DNA of 32,000 nucleotides from Thermococcus kodakarensis KOD1 (lineage in GTDB: Archaea > Methanobacteriota_B > Thermococci > Thermococcales > Thermococcaceae). The notes under the pieces were generated by a model that was given only the letters and a program-made list of their open reading frames with translations, was not told where the DNA came from and ran no database searches. Position 1 is the first letter of the stretch; each line of letters begins with the position of its first letter. The stretch covers positions 420,001-452,000 of the forward strand of contig NC_006624.1 of the NCBI RefSeq assembly GCF_000009965.1, in the 5' to 3' direction. The translations under genes and the position numbers were made by a program. Below are positions 6,754 through 16,307 of the stretch, piece by piece.

Positions 6754-7749
6754 ATGCTCGCCGTTAAAGTTCCAAAACGTGAAGCAGAAAAAATCAGAAG
6801 AAAGCTCATCGAGCTTGGAGTCTTAGCTAAAGGGTACTCCCCGAAACGAGAGGGAAATTTCGTGCTCTTTCCCGTTGAAATGCCCGTGGAGGGATTCGAG
6901 TTAGTTGAAGCGGAGTTCGAAAAAACTGAAAGGCGACCCCACAGCTACCGTGAGGTCGTTGAAGTCCCAGATGAGATTAAACCACTCCTGCCAAGCTCCT
7001 TTGACATCATAGGCGACATTGCGATAATCGAGCTTCCCGAAGAGCTCATGGACTATGGAAAGGCCATTGGAGAGGCTATTCTCAAAGTCCACCGCCACAT
7101 AAAAGCAGTATTTGCGAAGGGTAGCAAGGTTTCTGGGGAATACCGCATAAGAGAGCTTATCCACCTCGCTGGTGAAAAGAGGACTGAAACCCTCCACCGT
7201 GAGAACGGAATAAGGCTGAAGCTCGACATCGCGAGGGTTTACTACACCCCTCGGCTCGCCACAGAGAGAATGAGGGTCTTTGAGAGAACCCAGCCGGGGG
7301 AAATCGTCTTCGACATGTTCGCGGGCGTTGGGCCATACTCGATACTCCTCGCCAAAAAGGCAAAGCTGGTCTTCGCCTGCGACATAAACCCCTGGGCGGT
7401 AAGGTACCTTGAAGAAAACAAGAAGCTCAATAAAACGCCCAACGTCATTCCCATCCTCGGAGATGTACGGAAGGTAGCTGGTCAGATTAAGGCTGACCGA
7501 GTGATCATGAACCTCCCCAAGTTCGCGGACAGGTTTTTGAAGGAGGCCATGATGAGCGTCAAATCCGGTGGAATAGTTCACTACTACGGCTTTGGTCCGG
7601 AGGAAGACCTGTTCTCCGAGCACGAGCAGAAGATAAAGGCCGTCGCGAGGGAACTGGGCTTTAAGGTCGAGCTTCTAGATGAGAGGAGAGTCCGTCCCTA
7701 CGCGCCGAGGCAGTTCAACATAGCGATAGACTTCAGGGTTTGGAAATGA
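6754..7749 (+). CDS. trm5: tRNA (guanine37-N1)-methyltransferase, Trm5 family (Met-10+ domain)
   Basis: SAM-binding VFDMFAGVGPYSILLAK and the catalytic-loop motif MNLPKFA. The 331-aa length is typical of archaeal Trm5a/b. Confidence 0.85.
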   Translation: MLAVKVPKREAEKIRRKLIELGVLAKGYSPKREGNFVLFPVEMPVEGFELVEAEFEKTERRPHSYREVVEVPDEIKPLLPSSFDIIGDIAIIELPEELMDYGKAIGEAILKVHRHIKAVFAKGSKVSGEYRIRELIHLAGEKRTETLHRENGIRLKLDIARVYYTPRLATERMRVFERTQPGEIVFDMFAGVGPYSILLAKKAKLVFACDINPWAVRYLEENKKLNKTPNVIPILGDVRKVAGQIKADRVIMNLPKFADRFLKEAMMSVKSGGIVHYYGFGPEEDLFSEHEQKIKAVARELGFKVELLDERRVRPYAPRQFNIAIDFRVWK

Positions 7750-7787
7750 AGGCTTGTTTTGTGTGGAAAACAATGTTTATAAGGATA

Positions 7788-7807
7788 ATGTTTTATCCAT
7801 AAAACAT
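7788..7807. promoter_or_regulatory. Perfect 20-bp palindrome (operator candidate) overlapping the start codon of the COG1373 ATPase gene
   Basis: ATGTTTTAT-CC-ATAAAACAT lies directly downstream of the TATA GTTTATAAGG (7775-7784). The half-site AATGTTTAT also occurs at 7772-7780. Confidence 0.5.
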
Positions 7808-9071
7808 GATTGAACAGAGGGTCTGGGAAGAGGTCATAGGCGATAACCTTGAACTCCGGGTGAAGTACGTAGAGCGCAACGTGAAGGTTATTTTTCCAAA
7901 AAGCCGAGCCCTGGCGGTTGTCGGACCGAGGAGGGCGGGAAAAACATACTTCCTCTTTCAGCTGTGGGATGCGATTGACAGCGAGAGGAAGAAAAGTCTT
8001 TACGTGAACTTTGAAGACCCGAGGTTAATTGGGGTAACTTCCAGTGACCTCATGGAGATGCTCAGGGTTTACTACTCCCTTCTGAACCACCCCAAAGGAA
8101 CAAAGCTCACCCTCCTGCTCGATGAGGTGCAGGTGGTCGAGGGCTGGGAGAAGTTCGTCCGCTACCTCCTCGACAGGGGACACAGGGTAGTGGTGACGGG
8201 CTCCTCCTCAAAGCTCCTTTCTAAAGAAGTGGCAACTGTCCTCAGGGGAAGGGCAGTGACCCTAAACCTTTACCCCTTCTCCCTTCCAGAGGTTCTCATG
8301 GTCAAGGGGCTAAAAGGGGAGCTTCCAAGCCTGGAGACAAGGGGGAAAATTCGAGGGGTTCTGCGGGAGTGTCTCGAATGGGGCTCGTATCCTGAGACCG
8401 TCCTCCAGCCGGAGCTGAGGCGGGAAATTTTAAGGGAAATACTGGAGGTCACCATCTACCGGGACGTGGTCGAGAGGTGGAGGGTAGACAACCTCAAGGC
8501 GCTCCGCTTCCTCTTCAAGCTTCTGGCCTCTTCGAGCCATGCAACGATAACCAAGCTTCATTCCACCATGAAAAGCCTGGGAATAGCGGTTGGAAAGCCC
8601 ACCCTTGCTAACTACCTCGAATACCTGAACGACGCCCTCGTGGTGTTTCCGCTCAGGGCGTACGTGAAGTCGGAGAAGAAGAGGGAGCTCCTTGGCTTCA
8701 AGCCGTATTTCGTGGATAACGGGCTACTCGCGGTGCTGGGCGTGAGAGACTGGAGCAGGTTGCTGGAGAACCTCGTTTTCACGGAGCTCCTAAAGCGCGG
8801 CCTTGAGCCGAACAGGGACCTGTTCTATTACGTTACCCAGGAGGGCAGGGAGGTGGACTTCATACTCCCCGGGGAGGAGCTTATTCAGGTCTCGTGGGAG
8901 CTCCACCCCGGAAACGAGAAGCGTGAGCTCTCCCCATTGGTGAACGCCGCGAATGAAACGGGAATTGAAAAGATGACGCTGGTCACTTGGGAGAGGTACC
9001 CGGCAGAGGGCATAAAAATTGGAGAAAAAAGCATCAGAGTTGTCCCGCTCGAAGAGTGGGCACTGTGGTGA
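7806..9071 (+). CDS. AAA+ ATPase with C-terminal DUF4143 / PD-(D/E)xK-like domain (COG1373 family)
   Basis: Walker A VVGPRRAGKTYF and Walker B LLLDEVQ. The C-terminal GREVDFIL motif is characteristic of the restriction-endonuclease-like DUF4143 domain. Confidence 0.8.
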   Translation: MIEQRVWEEVIGDNLELRVKYVERNVKVIFPKSRALAVVGPRRAGKTYFLFQLWDAIDSERKKSLYVNFEDPRLIGVTSSDLMEMLRVYYSLLNHPKGTKLTLLLDEVQVVEGWEKFVRYLLDRGHRVVVTGSSSKLLSKEVATVLRGRAVTLNLYPFSLPEVLMVKGLKGELPSLETRGKIRGVLRECLEWGSYPETVLQPELRREILREILEVTIYRDVVERWRVDNLKALRFLFKLLASSSHATITKLHSTMKSLGIAVGKPTLANYLEYLNDALVVFPLRAYVKSEKKRELLGFKPYFVDNGLLAVLGVRDWSRLLENLVFTELLKRGLEPNRDLFYYVTQEGREVDFILPGEELIQVSWELHPGNEKRELSPLVNAANETGIEKMTLVTWERYPAEGIKIGEKSIRVVPLEEWALW

Positions 9072-10397
9072 TCACTTGCCCGCTATCTTCACGTTCTCGA
9101 ACTTTATGTGCGGCGTTATCATGGTGTTCATGAAGGGCATTACAGTCTGCTCTTTTGAGACCTCGCTTGCCTGCTGGAGAAGCTCGTAGACGTTGCCCGC
9201 TATGAGGAAGACCGCTGAACCCTTCACTTCGCCGTCCTCGATGAGGAACGCTGGATTGGCCGTTACCGCGAAGTTTCCGTTGTCCGGGTTGCTCGAATGC
9301 GCACCCTGGAGGCCGTCCACGAGGTATCCCCTGTCTATCTCCCCTATGATGTCCTCAAGGGAGCGCTTTCCGTTCTCGATGACAACGCTGTGGAAGCCTA
9401 TGTTTATTCCGCCGCTCCTTATATCCCTCTTCCCGTTTCCTGTGCTCTCGGTGCCGTAAATCTTCGCCCAGTAGTTGTCCCAGACAAACCCCTTGAAGGC
9501 CCCGTTTTCAATGAGGACGTTCTTCCTAGTCGGGACGCCTTCATCGTCGGCTATTGTTGGCCTGAGGGAGAGCGGATGGAACGGGTCGTCATAGAGCGTT
9601 ATGACCTCGCTCGCTATCTTCTCACCAACCTTTCCGGCGAGCGGCGTGGTCTCCTTAACAAGGCGCTCGCCGCTGAAGGCCGGGAGGAGGGTGTAGCTGA
9701 AGAGCCCAGCAATCGCCCACGGGCCGAATATTAGCGGAACTTCCTCATTCTTGCTTGGGACGACGTTGTAAGCCCACTGGACCTTCTGGACGGCTCTCTC
9801 CACGATCCCCTCAACGTCGAGGTTGAGGTCTCTGCGCGCGTCGAAGTCGAAGATTCCTGGTGTAACTACGCTTCCCTTCCTTCCAACAATCTCAAGGTAC
9901 ATGTACGCCGCTCCACCTTCCTGGAAGACGTCAAGACCGTGTGAGTTGAGGACGTGCCTCTCTTCCCATGAAACTCCTCCGGCTCCTCCAGCCACTACGG
10001 CGTTCTTGTCCTTCTCGCGGGCGAGCTTTATCCCCTTGACAAGCTTCTCGACCAGAATATCAGGAGAAGCCTCCTTGAGCTCGTAGTTCGGCTTCGGCTT
10101 TTCCCTGTACTTGCCCGGCTCCGGCAGGGAAACCCACTTCTCGTCGGGTGAGTTCAGCTTCGCCATCTTTGCTGCCTGTTCTATGGCCTCCTTCACCTTC
10201 TCCGGCTCGTCGCTGTCGACTATCGCTAGCCCGAGGCGCTTGTCCTTTATCCCGCGGATTATCGTCAAAGCCCCGCTTCTCGTCGAGGCCATCGAAATCT
10301 CGTTGAGCTCCACCGAGGCCTCGATATCCCTTGAGCGGTAAACGGCTATCTCAAGCTCGTCAAAAAACTTCTCGCCGAAGCGTATGAGGTTCTCCAT
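9072..10397 (-). CDS. pmbA: PmbA/TldE, partner subunit of the TldD/E metalloprotease
   Basis: 441 aa with TldD/PmbA-family sequence but no HExxxH motif. It is the last gene of a four-gene overlapping unit that begins with tldD. Confidence 0.85.
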   Translation of the reverse strand: MENLIRFGEKFFDELEIAVYRSRDIEASVELNEISMASTRSGALTIIRGIKDKRLGLAIVDSDEPEKVKEAIEQAAKMAKLNSPDEKWVSLPEPGKYREKPKPNYELKEASPDILVEKLVKGIKLAREKDKNAVVAGGAGGVSWEERHVLNSHGLDVFQEGGAAYMYLEIVGRKGSVVTPGIFDFDARRDLNLDVEGIVERAVQKVQWAYNVVPSKNEEVPLIFGPWAIAGLFSYTLLPAFSGERLVKETTPLAGKVGEKIASEVITLYDDPFHPLSLRPTIADDEGVPTRKNVLIENGAFKGFVWDNYWAKIYGTESTGNGKRDIRSGGINIGFHSVVIENGKRSLEDIIGEIDRGYLVDGLQGAHSSNPDNGNFAVTANPAFLIEDGEVKGSAVFLIAGNVYELLQQASEVSKEQTVMPFMNTMITPHIKFENVKIAGK

Positions 10398-10400
10398 ACT

Positions 10401-10628
10401 TCAACCCTCCACCTCTGCGGTCTTAAGATCAAGACCAAGCTCCTTTATCTTCCTAAACATCTCCCCGAGGAGAACTTCCCGGGCACGCCATATTTCGATG
10501 CCGACGATGTTTCCTTTCTCGTCGTAATCCACCAAAAGGTCGTCGTCAATTTCCACAGTCTCAGCGGCCTTTCCGCTGGATACCTCAATGTAAAGTATGT
10601 CCCCGCGCGGGTCGTACCTGACCTTCAT
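10401..10628 (-). CDS. DUF2283-family small protein (putative antitoxin)
   Basis: MKVRYDPRGDILYIEVSSG...LLVDYDEKGNIVGIEIWRARE matches the DUF2283 signature (YD...D.LYI...D.D..G.IVGIEI). The ATG at 10628 forms an ATGA overlap with the upstream stop, and GGTGG precedes it. Confidence 0.7.
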   Translation of the reverse strand: MKVRYDPRGDILYIEVSSGKAAETVEIDDDLLVDYDEKGNIVGIEIWRAREVLLGEMFRKIKELGLDLKTAEVEG

Positions 10629-10897
10629 ACTTCCACCCACCTACCTTTTTTGATGCGTCTCTCTATTTGAGTCTTTCTTGAGACCTCGTAAACTGTTACC
10701 ACTTCAATGCCCTCGTGCGCCGCATCATAAACAACGACCAGCCAGCGGCCATTTTTCTTCACTGCTATGAAATGGCCCGTCAGCATGTCCACTGCCCTTA
10801 TGTCGGGGTTCTGGAGTGCTGAGATAACGTCCTCCCCAGCTATTTCCCTTTTCCTGAGCGCTTCTACGGCGTGCCCAGTAAAGCGGACTTCAACCAA
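10625..10897 (-). CDS. DUF4258-family small protein (putative toxin)
   Basis: VRFTGHAVEALRKREIAGEDVISAL...LVVVY...IEVVTVYE resembles DUF4258. The start is TTG, preceded by GGAGG at 8 nt. It overlaps the tldD stop by 8 nt. Confidence 0.65.
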   Translation of the reverse strand: MVEVRFTGHAVEALRKREIAGEDVISALQNPDIRAVDMLTGHFIAVKKNGRWLVVVYDAAHEGIEVVTVYEVSRKTQIERRIKKGRWVEV

Positions 10898-12263
10898 TGA
10901 TTATTCCTCCATCAAAGCGCATGTGCGGGCCGCCCGAGCTTACGAAGGCCGTCTGTCCCTTGCCGCAGAACCCTACTTCAAGGCCGAAGTCCTTGCCAAC
11001 TGCTGAAATCTTCTTGAGGGCCTCGATAGCGACTCCCGTAATCGAGGTGTCCCTTATCGGTTCGGCTATCTCACCGTTCCTGATGACGTAGCCCTCCTGG
11101 ATTCCAACCTGGAAGGCCGAGTTGAGCTGGGCCTGTCCACCGCGGAAGTCGACGACGTAGTAACCGAACTTGATGTCCTCTATGAGCTCCTCGAAGGAGT
11201 GGTCGCCTGGCTCGAAGATGGTGTTTCTCATCCTGATTATCGGTGGGTAGCGGTAGCTCTCCGCTCTTGCGTGTCCGTTCGGCTCCATGCCCCATTTGGC
11301 CGCGTATTCCCTGTTCAGCATTATCTCCTTGAGGATTCCGTTCTCAATGATGTGGATGTCCTTGACGGGAACGCCCTCGTCGTCGTACTTGTCGTTTCCA
11401 AAGCCGCCCTCAACAATCCTCTCGCTCATCGTGACGAACTCCGGAGCTATCTGCTTGCCGATTAAGTCCTTGAAGGGCGAGTTTATCGTCAGGTCAGCCT
11501 CAGCTAAATGTCCAAGGGCCTCGTGGGCTATGATGCCGACGACTATCGGTCCAGCCACGATGGGCCACTCGCCGCGCTTTGGAGCAACTCCCTTGAGCTG
11601 GCTCCACATCTTTCTCTTGAGCCTCTCGGCGACCTTCTCGTTCGGCTCCCTCTTAGTCATCAGCTCCCAGCCGTAGTCAACCGCGCCGATGCTGTCCCTC
11701 GCCATCGCGAGCTTTCCGTCGGCCTTTCCTGTGACGTAGGCTCCCTGGTAGAGGTAGTTGTAGTCCCACTCTATCCTCGTCCCTTCATTGGTCAGCAGGA
11801 GCTTTTTACCGCCACCGTCCTCGTAGCGTATCTGGACGCTCTTTACGGCTTCGTCCTCCTTGAGGATCTTCTCCAGCTCGCGGAGGTGGGAGACCTTCTC
11901 CTCAATGTCAACTTCCCTCGGCTTGATCTTCATCTTGCTCTTCACAAAGTCCTCAACGGGCTTTATCTCCGCCAGCTCTATCTTCTCCTTCTTCGTCTGG
12001 GCCGCGGCCTTGGCTAGCTTGTAGGCTTCCTCAATCTTCTTCTCGAGGTTGGTGAGGTCACTGGTTGAAGCAAAACCCCACGCTCCGTCAGCCAGAACCC
12101 TTATGGCGACGCCCCTGTGAAGCTTTCCAGTGAAGCTGGTAAAAACGCCGTCCTTGAGGCCGAGCGTTGTCTTTCTCAGGTCTTCATAGCGGAGCTCTAT
12201 GTACTCCGCATTCAGGTTGTTCTCCGCCCACTTAAGGGCCCTCTCAAGCTCTTCCATGGCCAT
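10890..12263 (-). CDS. tldD: TldD zinc metalloprotease
   Basis: The HExxxH motif IAHEALGHLAEAD and overall TldD-family sequence. The start is ATG 12263 or 12257 (GGTGAT upstream). The longer track ORF beginning at 12296 is unlikely. Confidence 0.88.
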   Translation of the reverse strand: MAMEELERALKWAENNLNAEYIELRYEDLRKTTLGLKDGVFTSFTGKLHRGVAIRVLADGAWGFASTSDLTNLEKKIEEAYKLAKAAAQTKKEKIELAEIKPVEDFVKSKMKIKPREVDIEEKVSHLRELEKILKEDEAVKSVQIRYEDGGGKKLLLTNEGTRIEWDYNYLYQGAYVTGKADGKLAMARDSIGAVDYGWELMTKREPNEKVAERLKRKMWSQLKGVAPKRGEWPIVAGPIVVGIIAHEALGHLAEADLTINSPFKDLIGKQIAPEFVTMSERIVEGGFGNDKYDDEGVPVKDIHIIENGILKEIMLNREYAAKWGMEPNGHARAESYRYPPIIRMRNTIFEPGDHSFEELIEDIKFGYYVVDFRGGQAQLNSAFQVGIQEGYVIRNGEIAEPIRDTSITGVAIEALKKISAVGKDFGLEVGFCGKGQTAFVSSGGPHMRFDGGIIIG

Positions 12264-12330
12264 CACCGTTGATGTTTGTCCAGTATGGGTTCTCAACGAG
12301 ATATAAAAGTCTTTTGAGGTAGATTGAACA

Positions 12331-12348
12331 TTTCGATGAAATTCGAAA
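12331..12348. promoter_or_regulatory. Inverted repeat TTTCGA-N6-TCGAAA in the divergent tldD / cupin promoter region
   Basis: Seen directly in the 107-bp divergent intergenic region. It does not match any regulator motif I can name. Confidence 0.3.
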
Positions 12349-12403
12349 GCGAAGATTTTTTCAATACTGGAGATAATTATACCACGGGAGGGGTGGAGAT
12401 AAT

Positions 12404-12745
12404 ATGAAGGCCGAAATCAAAAACCTCATAGACAGAGGCACTTATAGAAAGCTCCCACTCTTCGAGGGTGAGCTACCTGAGGGGAGCTACGCTCAGATAG
12501 TTGAAGTCAAGCCAAAGCAGACCGTCAAGAAGCATTACCATGAGCGCCAATACGAGCTCTTTTACATCATAAGCGGCGAGGCGAGGTTAGGCATAGGTGA
12601 TACAGAATACCAGGCGAAACCTGGAGACATCTTCCTTGTAAAGCCGAAGACCGTTCACTGGGTAGTCAACGAAAAAGATGAACCCTTCAGGCTCTTCGTC
12701 GTTAAGCTGAACTATCACGGCGATGACTCAGTGTGGCTTGAATGA
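12404..12745 (+). CDS. Cupin-domain protein
   Basis: Two cupin motifs, KKHYHERQYELFYIISGE and PGDIFLVKPKTVHWVVN. GGAGGGGTGGAG lies upstream. The gene sits 12 nt upstream of the racemase gene. Confidence 0.8.
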   Translation: MKAEIKNLIDRGTYRKLPLFEGELPEGSYAQIVEVKPKQTVKKHYHERQYELFYIISGEARLGIGDTEYQAKPGDIFLVKPKTVHWVVNEKDEPFRLFVVKLNYHGDDSVWLE

Positions 12746-12757
12746 GCGGGTGGGAAT

Positions 12758-13456
12758 ATGCCCGAGAGGGTAATCGGAATCCTCGGTGGGATGGGCCCGC
12801 TGGCAACGGCAGACCTCTTCAGGCGAATAGTCGAGAGGACGCCAGCCAGGAGAGATCAGGATCACCCGAGAATAATAATCTACAACAACCCCAAGATACC
12901 TGACAGAACGGCCTTTATCCTTGGAAACGGCCCAGATCCGAGGCCCGAACTTATAGCCAGCGCAAAGAAACTCGAAAGCTGGGGCGCGGACTTCATAATA
13001 ATGCCCTGCAATACCGCCCACTTCTTCGCCGAGACAATTCAGAGGGCGATAAACATCCCCCTAGTAAGCATGATAGAAGAAACTGCAAAGAAGATTGAAT
13101 CAATGGGCCTCAGGAAGGTTGGCCTCCTTGCCACCGACGGAACGATAAAGGGAATGGTCTACCACAGGGCGCTCCTTAAGAGGGGCATCCACATAGCAGT
13201 GCCAAACAAAAAGGATCAGGGGCTCGTCATGAAAGCGATCTATGAAGGCGTTAAGGCTGGAAACCTCGAACTCGGCAGGGAGCTTCTCTTAAAGGTTGCG
13301 AAGAAACTTGAGAGGAGGAGTGAGGGAATAATAGCCGGTTGCACGGAGGTAAGTGTCGTCCTGAAGTCGGAAGACTTGAACGTCCCCCTGATAGACCCGA
13401 TGGACGTAATAGCCGAGAGGGCTGTAAAGCTAGCACTTGGTGCCGAGGACTTCTAA
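12758..13456 (+). CDS. Aspartate racemase (Asp/Glu racemase family)
   Basis: [11 protein letters not shown], the catalytic-Cys motif MPCNTAHFF and the second-Cys motif IAGCTEVSV. Confidence 0.85.
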   Translation: MPERVIGILGGMGPLATADLFRRIVERTPARRDQDHPRIIIYNNPKIPDRTAFILGNGPDPRPELIASAKKLESWGADFIIMPCNTAHFFAETIQRAINIPLVSMIEETAKKIESMGLRKVGLLATDGTIKGMVYHRALLKRGIHIAVPNKKDQGLVMKAIYEGVKAGNLELGRELLLKVAKKLERRSEGIIAGCTEVSVVLKSEDLNVPLIDPMDVIAERAVKLALGAEDF

Positions 13457-14430
13457 ATCCACCCCTTTCTTCTAAAGTAGAGGAGCATGCCTACCGCTAT
13501 CACGAGCATCGTTGTTAGGACTGCAGGATAACCGTAGCGCCACTGGAGTTCGGGCATATACCTAAAGTTCATGCCGTAGAGGCCCGTAATAAAAGTCAGC
13601 GGAATGAATATCGTCGAAACAACCGTTAGGATTCTAATTATGTCGTTAGTTCTCATCGAGATCGTGGAGTAGTAGAGGTCTATCAGGCTGTTGGCGAGCT
13701 CACGCTGGCCCTCTAGGATTTCCAGAACCTCACGAACATGGTCGTGGAGCTCGTCAAGAAAAGGCCGTGTACCTTCACTGAAAAACCTTGACCCCTCAAT
13801 TTCGAGCCGTCTGAACGCCTCAAGGAGCGGAAAAACAGTTCTCCGCATGAAGAGGATGTCCTGCCGTATGCGGTGTATCTTTCTAAGGGTTCTTGTGTCG
13901 CTTCTCGAAAGTATCTCGTTCTCAAGTCCCTCGATTTTGGAGCTTATGGCCTCAATTATCGGGACGTAGTTCTCCACTATTGCCTCTAGGAGAGCAAAGA
14001 GAAGGTAATCCGCCCCCTGTTCTCTGAAAAGGCCCTCTCCCTCGCGGATACCTTCCCTTATGGGGTCAAAAACGTCCCCGGGTATCTCCTGAATTGTTAT
14101 CAGGAAGTTGTCTCTCAGGATGATGCCGACTCTCTCCCTTTTTAAGCCTCCCTCGCTCTCGTAAACCTGGTGGACGATGAGAAACAGATATTCTGGAAAC
14201 ACGAAGACTCTAACACGGGAGGTCTGTCTTTGAAGAGCCCTTATGGGCCTCTCGTGGATTTTAAAAACGTCCCTTAGCTGCTCCCCCAAAGAAAGACCGT
14301 CAACGTTGATCCAGACAACCCGATAATCTTGGAATCCAAGGGCCTCTTCTAGGTTTGAGAGTTTCCTGCTAACGAATTTGTCCTTTGAGTAAGCTATCGC
14401 AGTAATCTTAGACTCTTCCTGTTTTTTCAT
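13453..14430 (-). CDS. corA: CorA-type Mg2+/Co2+ transporter
   Basis: The GLYGMNF (GMN) motif followed by two C-terminal TM helices. The ATG at 14430 is preceded by GGAGGAAGAGAA. The 66-aa N-terminal extension in the track is not protein-like. Confidence 0.88.
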   Translation of the reverse strand: MKKQEESKITAIAYSKDKFVSRKLSNLEEALGFQDYRVVWINVDGLSLGEQLRDVFKIHERPIRALQRQTSRVRVFVFPEYLFLIVHQVYESEGGLKRERVGIILRDNFLITIQEIPGDVFDPIREGIREGEGLFREQGADYLLFALLEAIVENYVPIIEAISSKIEGLENEILSRSDTRTLRKIHRIRQDILFMRRTVFPLLEAFRRLEIEGSRFFSEGTRPFLDELHDHVREVLEILEGQRELANSLIDLYYSTISMRTNDIIRILTVVSTIFIPLTFITGLYGMNFRYMPELQWRYGYPAVLTTMLVIAVGMLLYFRRKGWI

Positions 14431-14548
14431 TTCTCTTCCTCCGTTCAACGGCACGGACAATTGGTAGAGAATAGTAAAAGAAGAAATTATAGTTTTCGGC
14501 CGAAAGGACTTAAAAGCCAGTGGCGAATTTGGGCTGGTGGTGGAGAAC

Positions 14549-15742
14549 ATGGAGATAGGCCTCGTTGGAAAGCCAAACGTTGGAAAGTCCACATTCTTCT
14601 CGGCGGCAACTCTCGTTGATGTGGACATCGCTAACTATCCGTTCACGACGATAGACGCTAACGTTGGGGTTACCTATGCGATAGCAGAGCACCCGTGCAA
14701 GGAACTCGGATGCACGCCGAACCCCCAGAACTATGAGTACAAGGATGGAAAGGCGCTGATCCCGATAAAGATGATAGACGTTGCGGGTCTCGTTCCCGGG
14801 GCGCACGAGGGGCGCGGCCTTGGAAACAAGTTTCTTGATGATCTCAGAATGGCGTCAGCGCTGATCCATGTCGTCGATGCTACCGGAAAGACCGACGCAG
14901 AGGGCCAGCCAACGGACTACCACGACCCGGTTGAGGACATCGAGTTCCTTGAGAGGGAGATAGACTACTGGATACTCGGGATACTCAAGAAGGGCTGGGA
15001 GAAGTTTGCCAAGAGGATAAAGCTCCAGCATATGAAGCTTGAGGGGGCGATAGCCGACCACCTCTCCGGAATCAGCGTGAGCGAGGAGGACGTGTGGGAA
15101 GCCATTCACAGGCTCGGCCTCAGCGACGACCCAACGAAGTGGACTGATGAAGACCTGTTCAACTTCGTCCGCGAGCTCAGAAAGGTGAACAAGCCGATAA
15201 TCATAGCAGCCAACAAGGCGGATGCCGCAAGCGATGAGCAGCTAGAGAGGCTGAAGAAAGAGGGTGAAAAGAGGGGATACATAGTAATCCCGACCTCGGC
15301 GGCGGCCGAGCTAACGCTGAGGAAAGCCGCCAAGGCGGGCTTTATAGACTATGTCCCTGGAAGCTCAGACTTCAAGGTTCTCAAAAAACTGAGTCCAAAA
15401 CAGGAGAAGGCCCTTGAGCTAATAAGGGAGAAGGTTCTCCAGCGCTTCGGTTCGACGGGTGTGCAGGAGGTAATAAACAGGGCGACCTTTGAGCTCCTCA
15501 AGCTGATCCCCGTCTATCCCGTCCAGGACGAAAACAAGCTCACAGACCAGTTTGGGAACGTCCTCCCGCACGTCTACCTGCTCCCGAAGGGCTCAACGCC
15601 AAAAGACCTGGCCTACAAGGTGCATACTGACCTTGGAAAGACCTTCCTCTATGCCGTCAACGCGAGAACAAAGAGGCGCGTTGGTGATGATTACGAGCTC
15701 CAGTTCAACGACATAATAAAGATAGTGGCAACGGCGAAGTGA
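14549..15742 (+). CDS. Obg-like (YchF/OLA1-related) GTPase with C-terminal TGS domain
   Basis: G1 [10 protein letters not shown]3 DVAGLV, G4 NKAD and a C-terminal TGS-like segment [24 protein letters not shown]. Confidence 0.85.
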   Translation: MEIGLVGKPNVGKSTFFSAATLVDVDIANYPFTTIDANVGVTYAIAEHPCKELGCTPNPQNYEYKDGKALIPIKMIDVAGLVPGAHEGRGLGNKFLDDLRMASALIHVVDATGKTDAEGQPTDYHDPVEDIEFLEREIDYWILGILKKGWEKFAKRIKLQHMKLEGAIADHLSGISVSEEDVWEAIHRLGLSDDPTKWTDEDLFNFVRELRKVNKPIIIAANKADAASDEQLERLKKEGEKRGYIVIPTSAAAELTLRKAAKAGFIDYVPGSSDFKVLKKLSPKQEKALELIREKVLQRFGSTGVQEVINRATFELLKLIPVYPVQDENKLTDQFGNVLPHVYLLPKGSTPKDLAYKVHTDLGKTFLYAVNARTKRRVGDDYELQFNDIIKIVATAK

Positions 15743-15785
15743 GCTGCCGTTTTGGGTCAGTTTCCCCTTTTTCAATCAGCTTTTA

Positions 15786-16307
15786 TCAGCTGGAGCTCGT
15801 CTGAATCTTTTCCTTCAGGAGCTCCTGGTAGAGCCTGGGTTCAACGTCCTTCTCACTGAGCCCGAGCTTTTCTGCAATCTCCCATATCCTTCTTTTGGCG
15901 TATTCAACGTCCTTACTCATGACTTCGATATCGAGAAAAGCGCCCAATCCTTCAACATCGCTCAGCTCGAATGTCACATCGTCAAGTTTGTAAACGAGCC
16001 TCCTCTTCCTTATCCAAACGTCTTCCTCAAACCCTAGTCTTTTGAGTATTTCAACTGTAGTCTCGAAGTCGGAGACCTCGACCTCAAGCTCGTCGAACTC
16101 CTCGTTTCTGCCAGGATCCTGTATGGACTTATACGTCAGAAAAGCCTTCCCAAGGTTGGGGATTTTTCTAACGCGGAGGAGGTTGGGGAGGGGAAGGGAA
16201 AAATAGAGGTCTTCCTGGACTTCTTCCCTGATGAATGATGCTCCAAGCCCTTCAATTTTTCTCCTGATGTCTTCAAACTCAACTCTGAACTTTATTTCAA
16301 TCTCCAT
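15786..16307 (-). CDS. CYTH-domain protein (CyaB-like class IV adenylyl cyclase / triphosphate tunnel metalloenzyme)
   Basis: N-terminal ExExK signature MEIEIKFRV. The 173-aa size is typical. Its start overlaps the upstream stop in a TGATG arrangement. Confidence 0.8.
   Translation of the reverse strand: MEIEIKFRVEFEDIRRKIEGLGASFIREEVQEDLYFSLPLPNLLRVRKIPNLGKAFLTYKSIQDPGRNEEFDELEVEVSDFETTVEILKRLGFEEDVWIRKRRLVYKLDDVTFELSDVEGLGAFLDIEVMSKDVEYAKRRIWEIAEKLGLSEKDVEPRLYQELLKEKIQTSSS

Noticed and set aside
13453-14628. 391-aa version of the CorA ORF
   Set aside because: The first 66 residues ([28 protein letters not shown]...) lie antisense to the GTPase start region and are not protein-like. A strong SD (GGAGGAAGAGAA) precedes the ATG at 14430, which gives a normal-length CorA.
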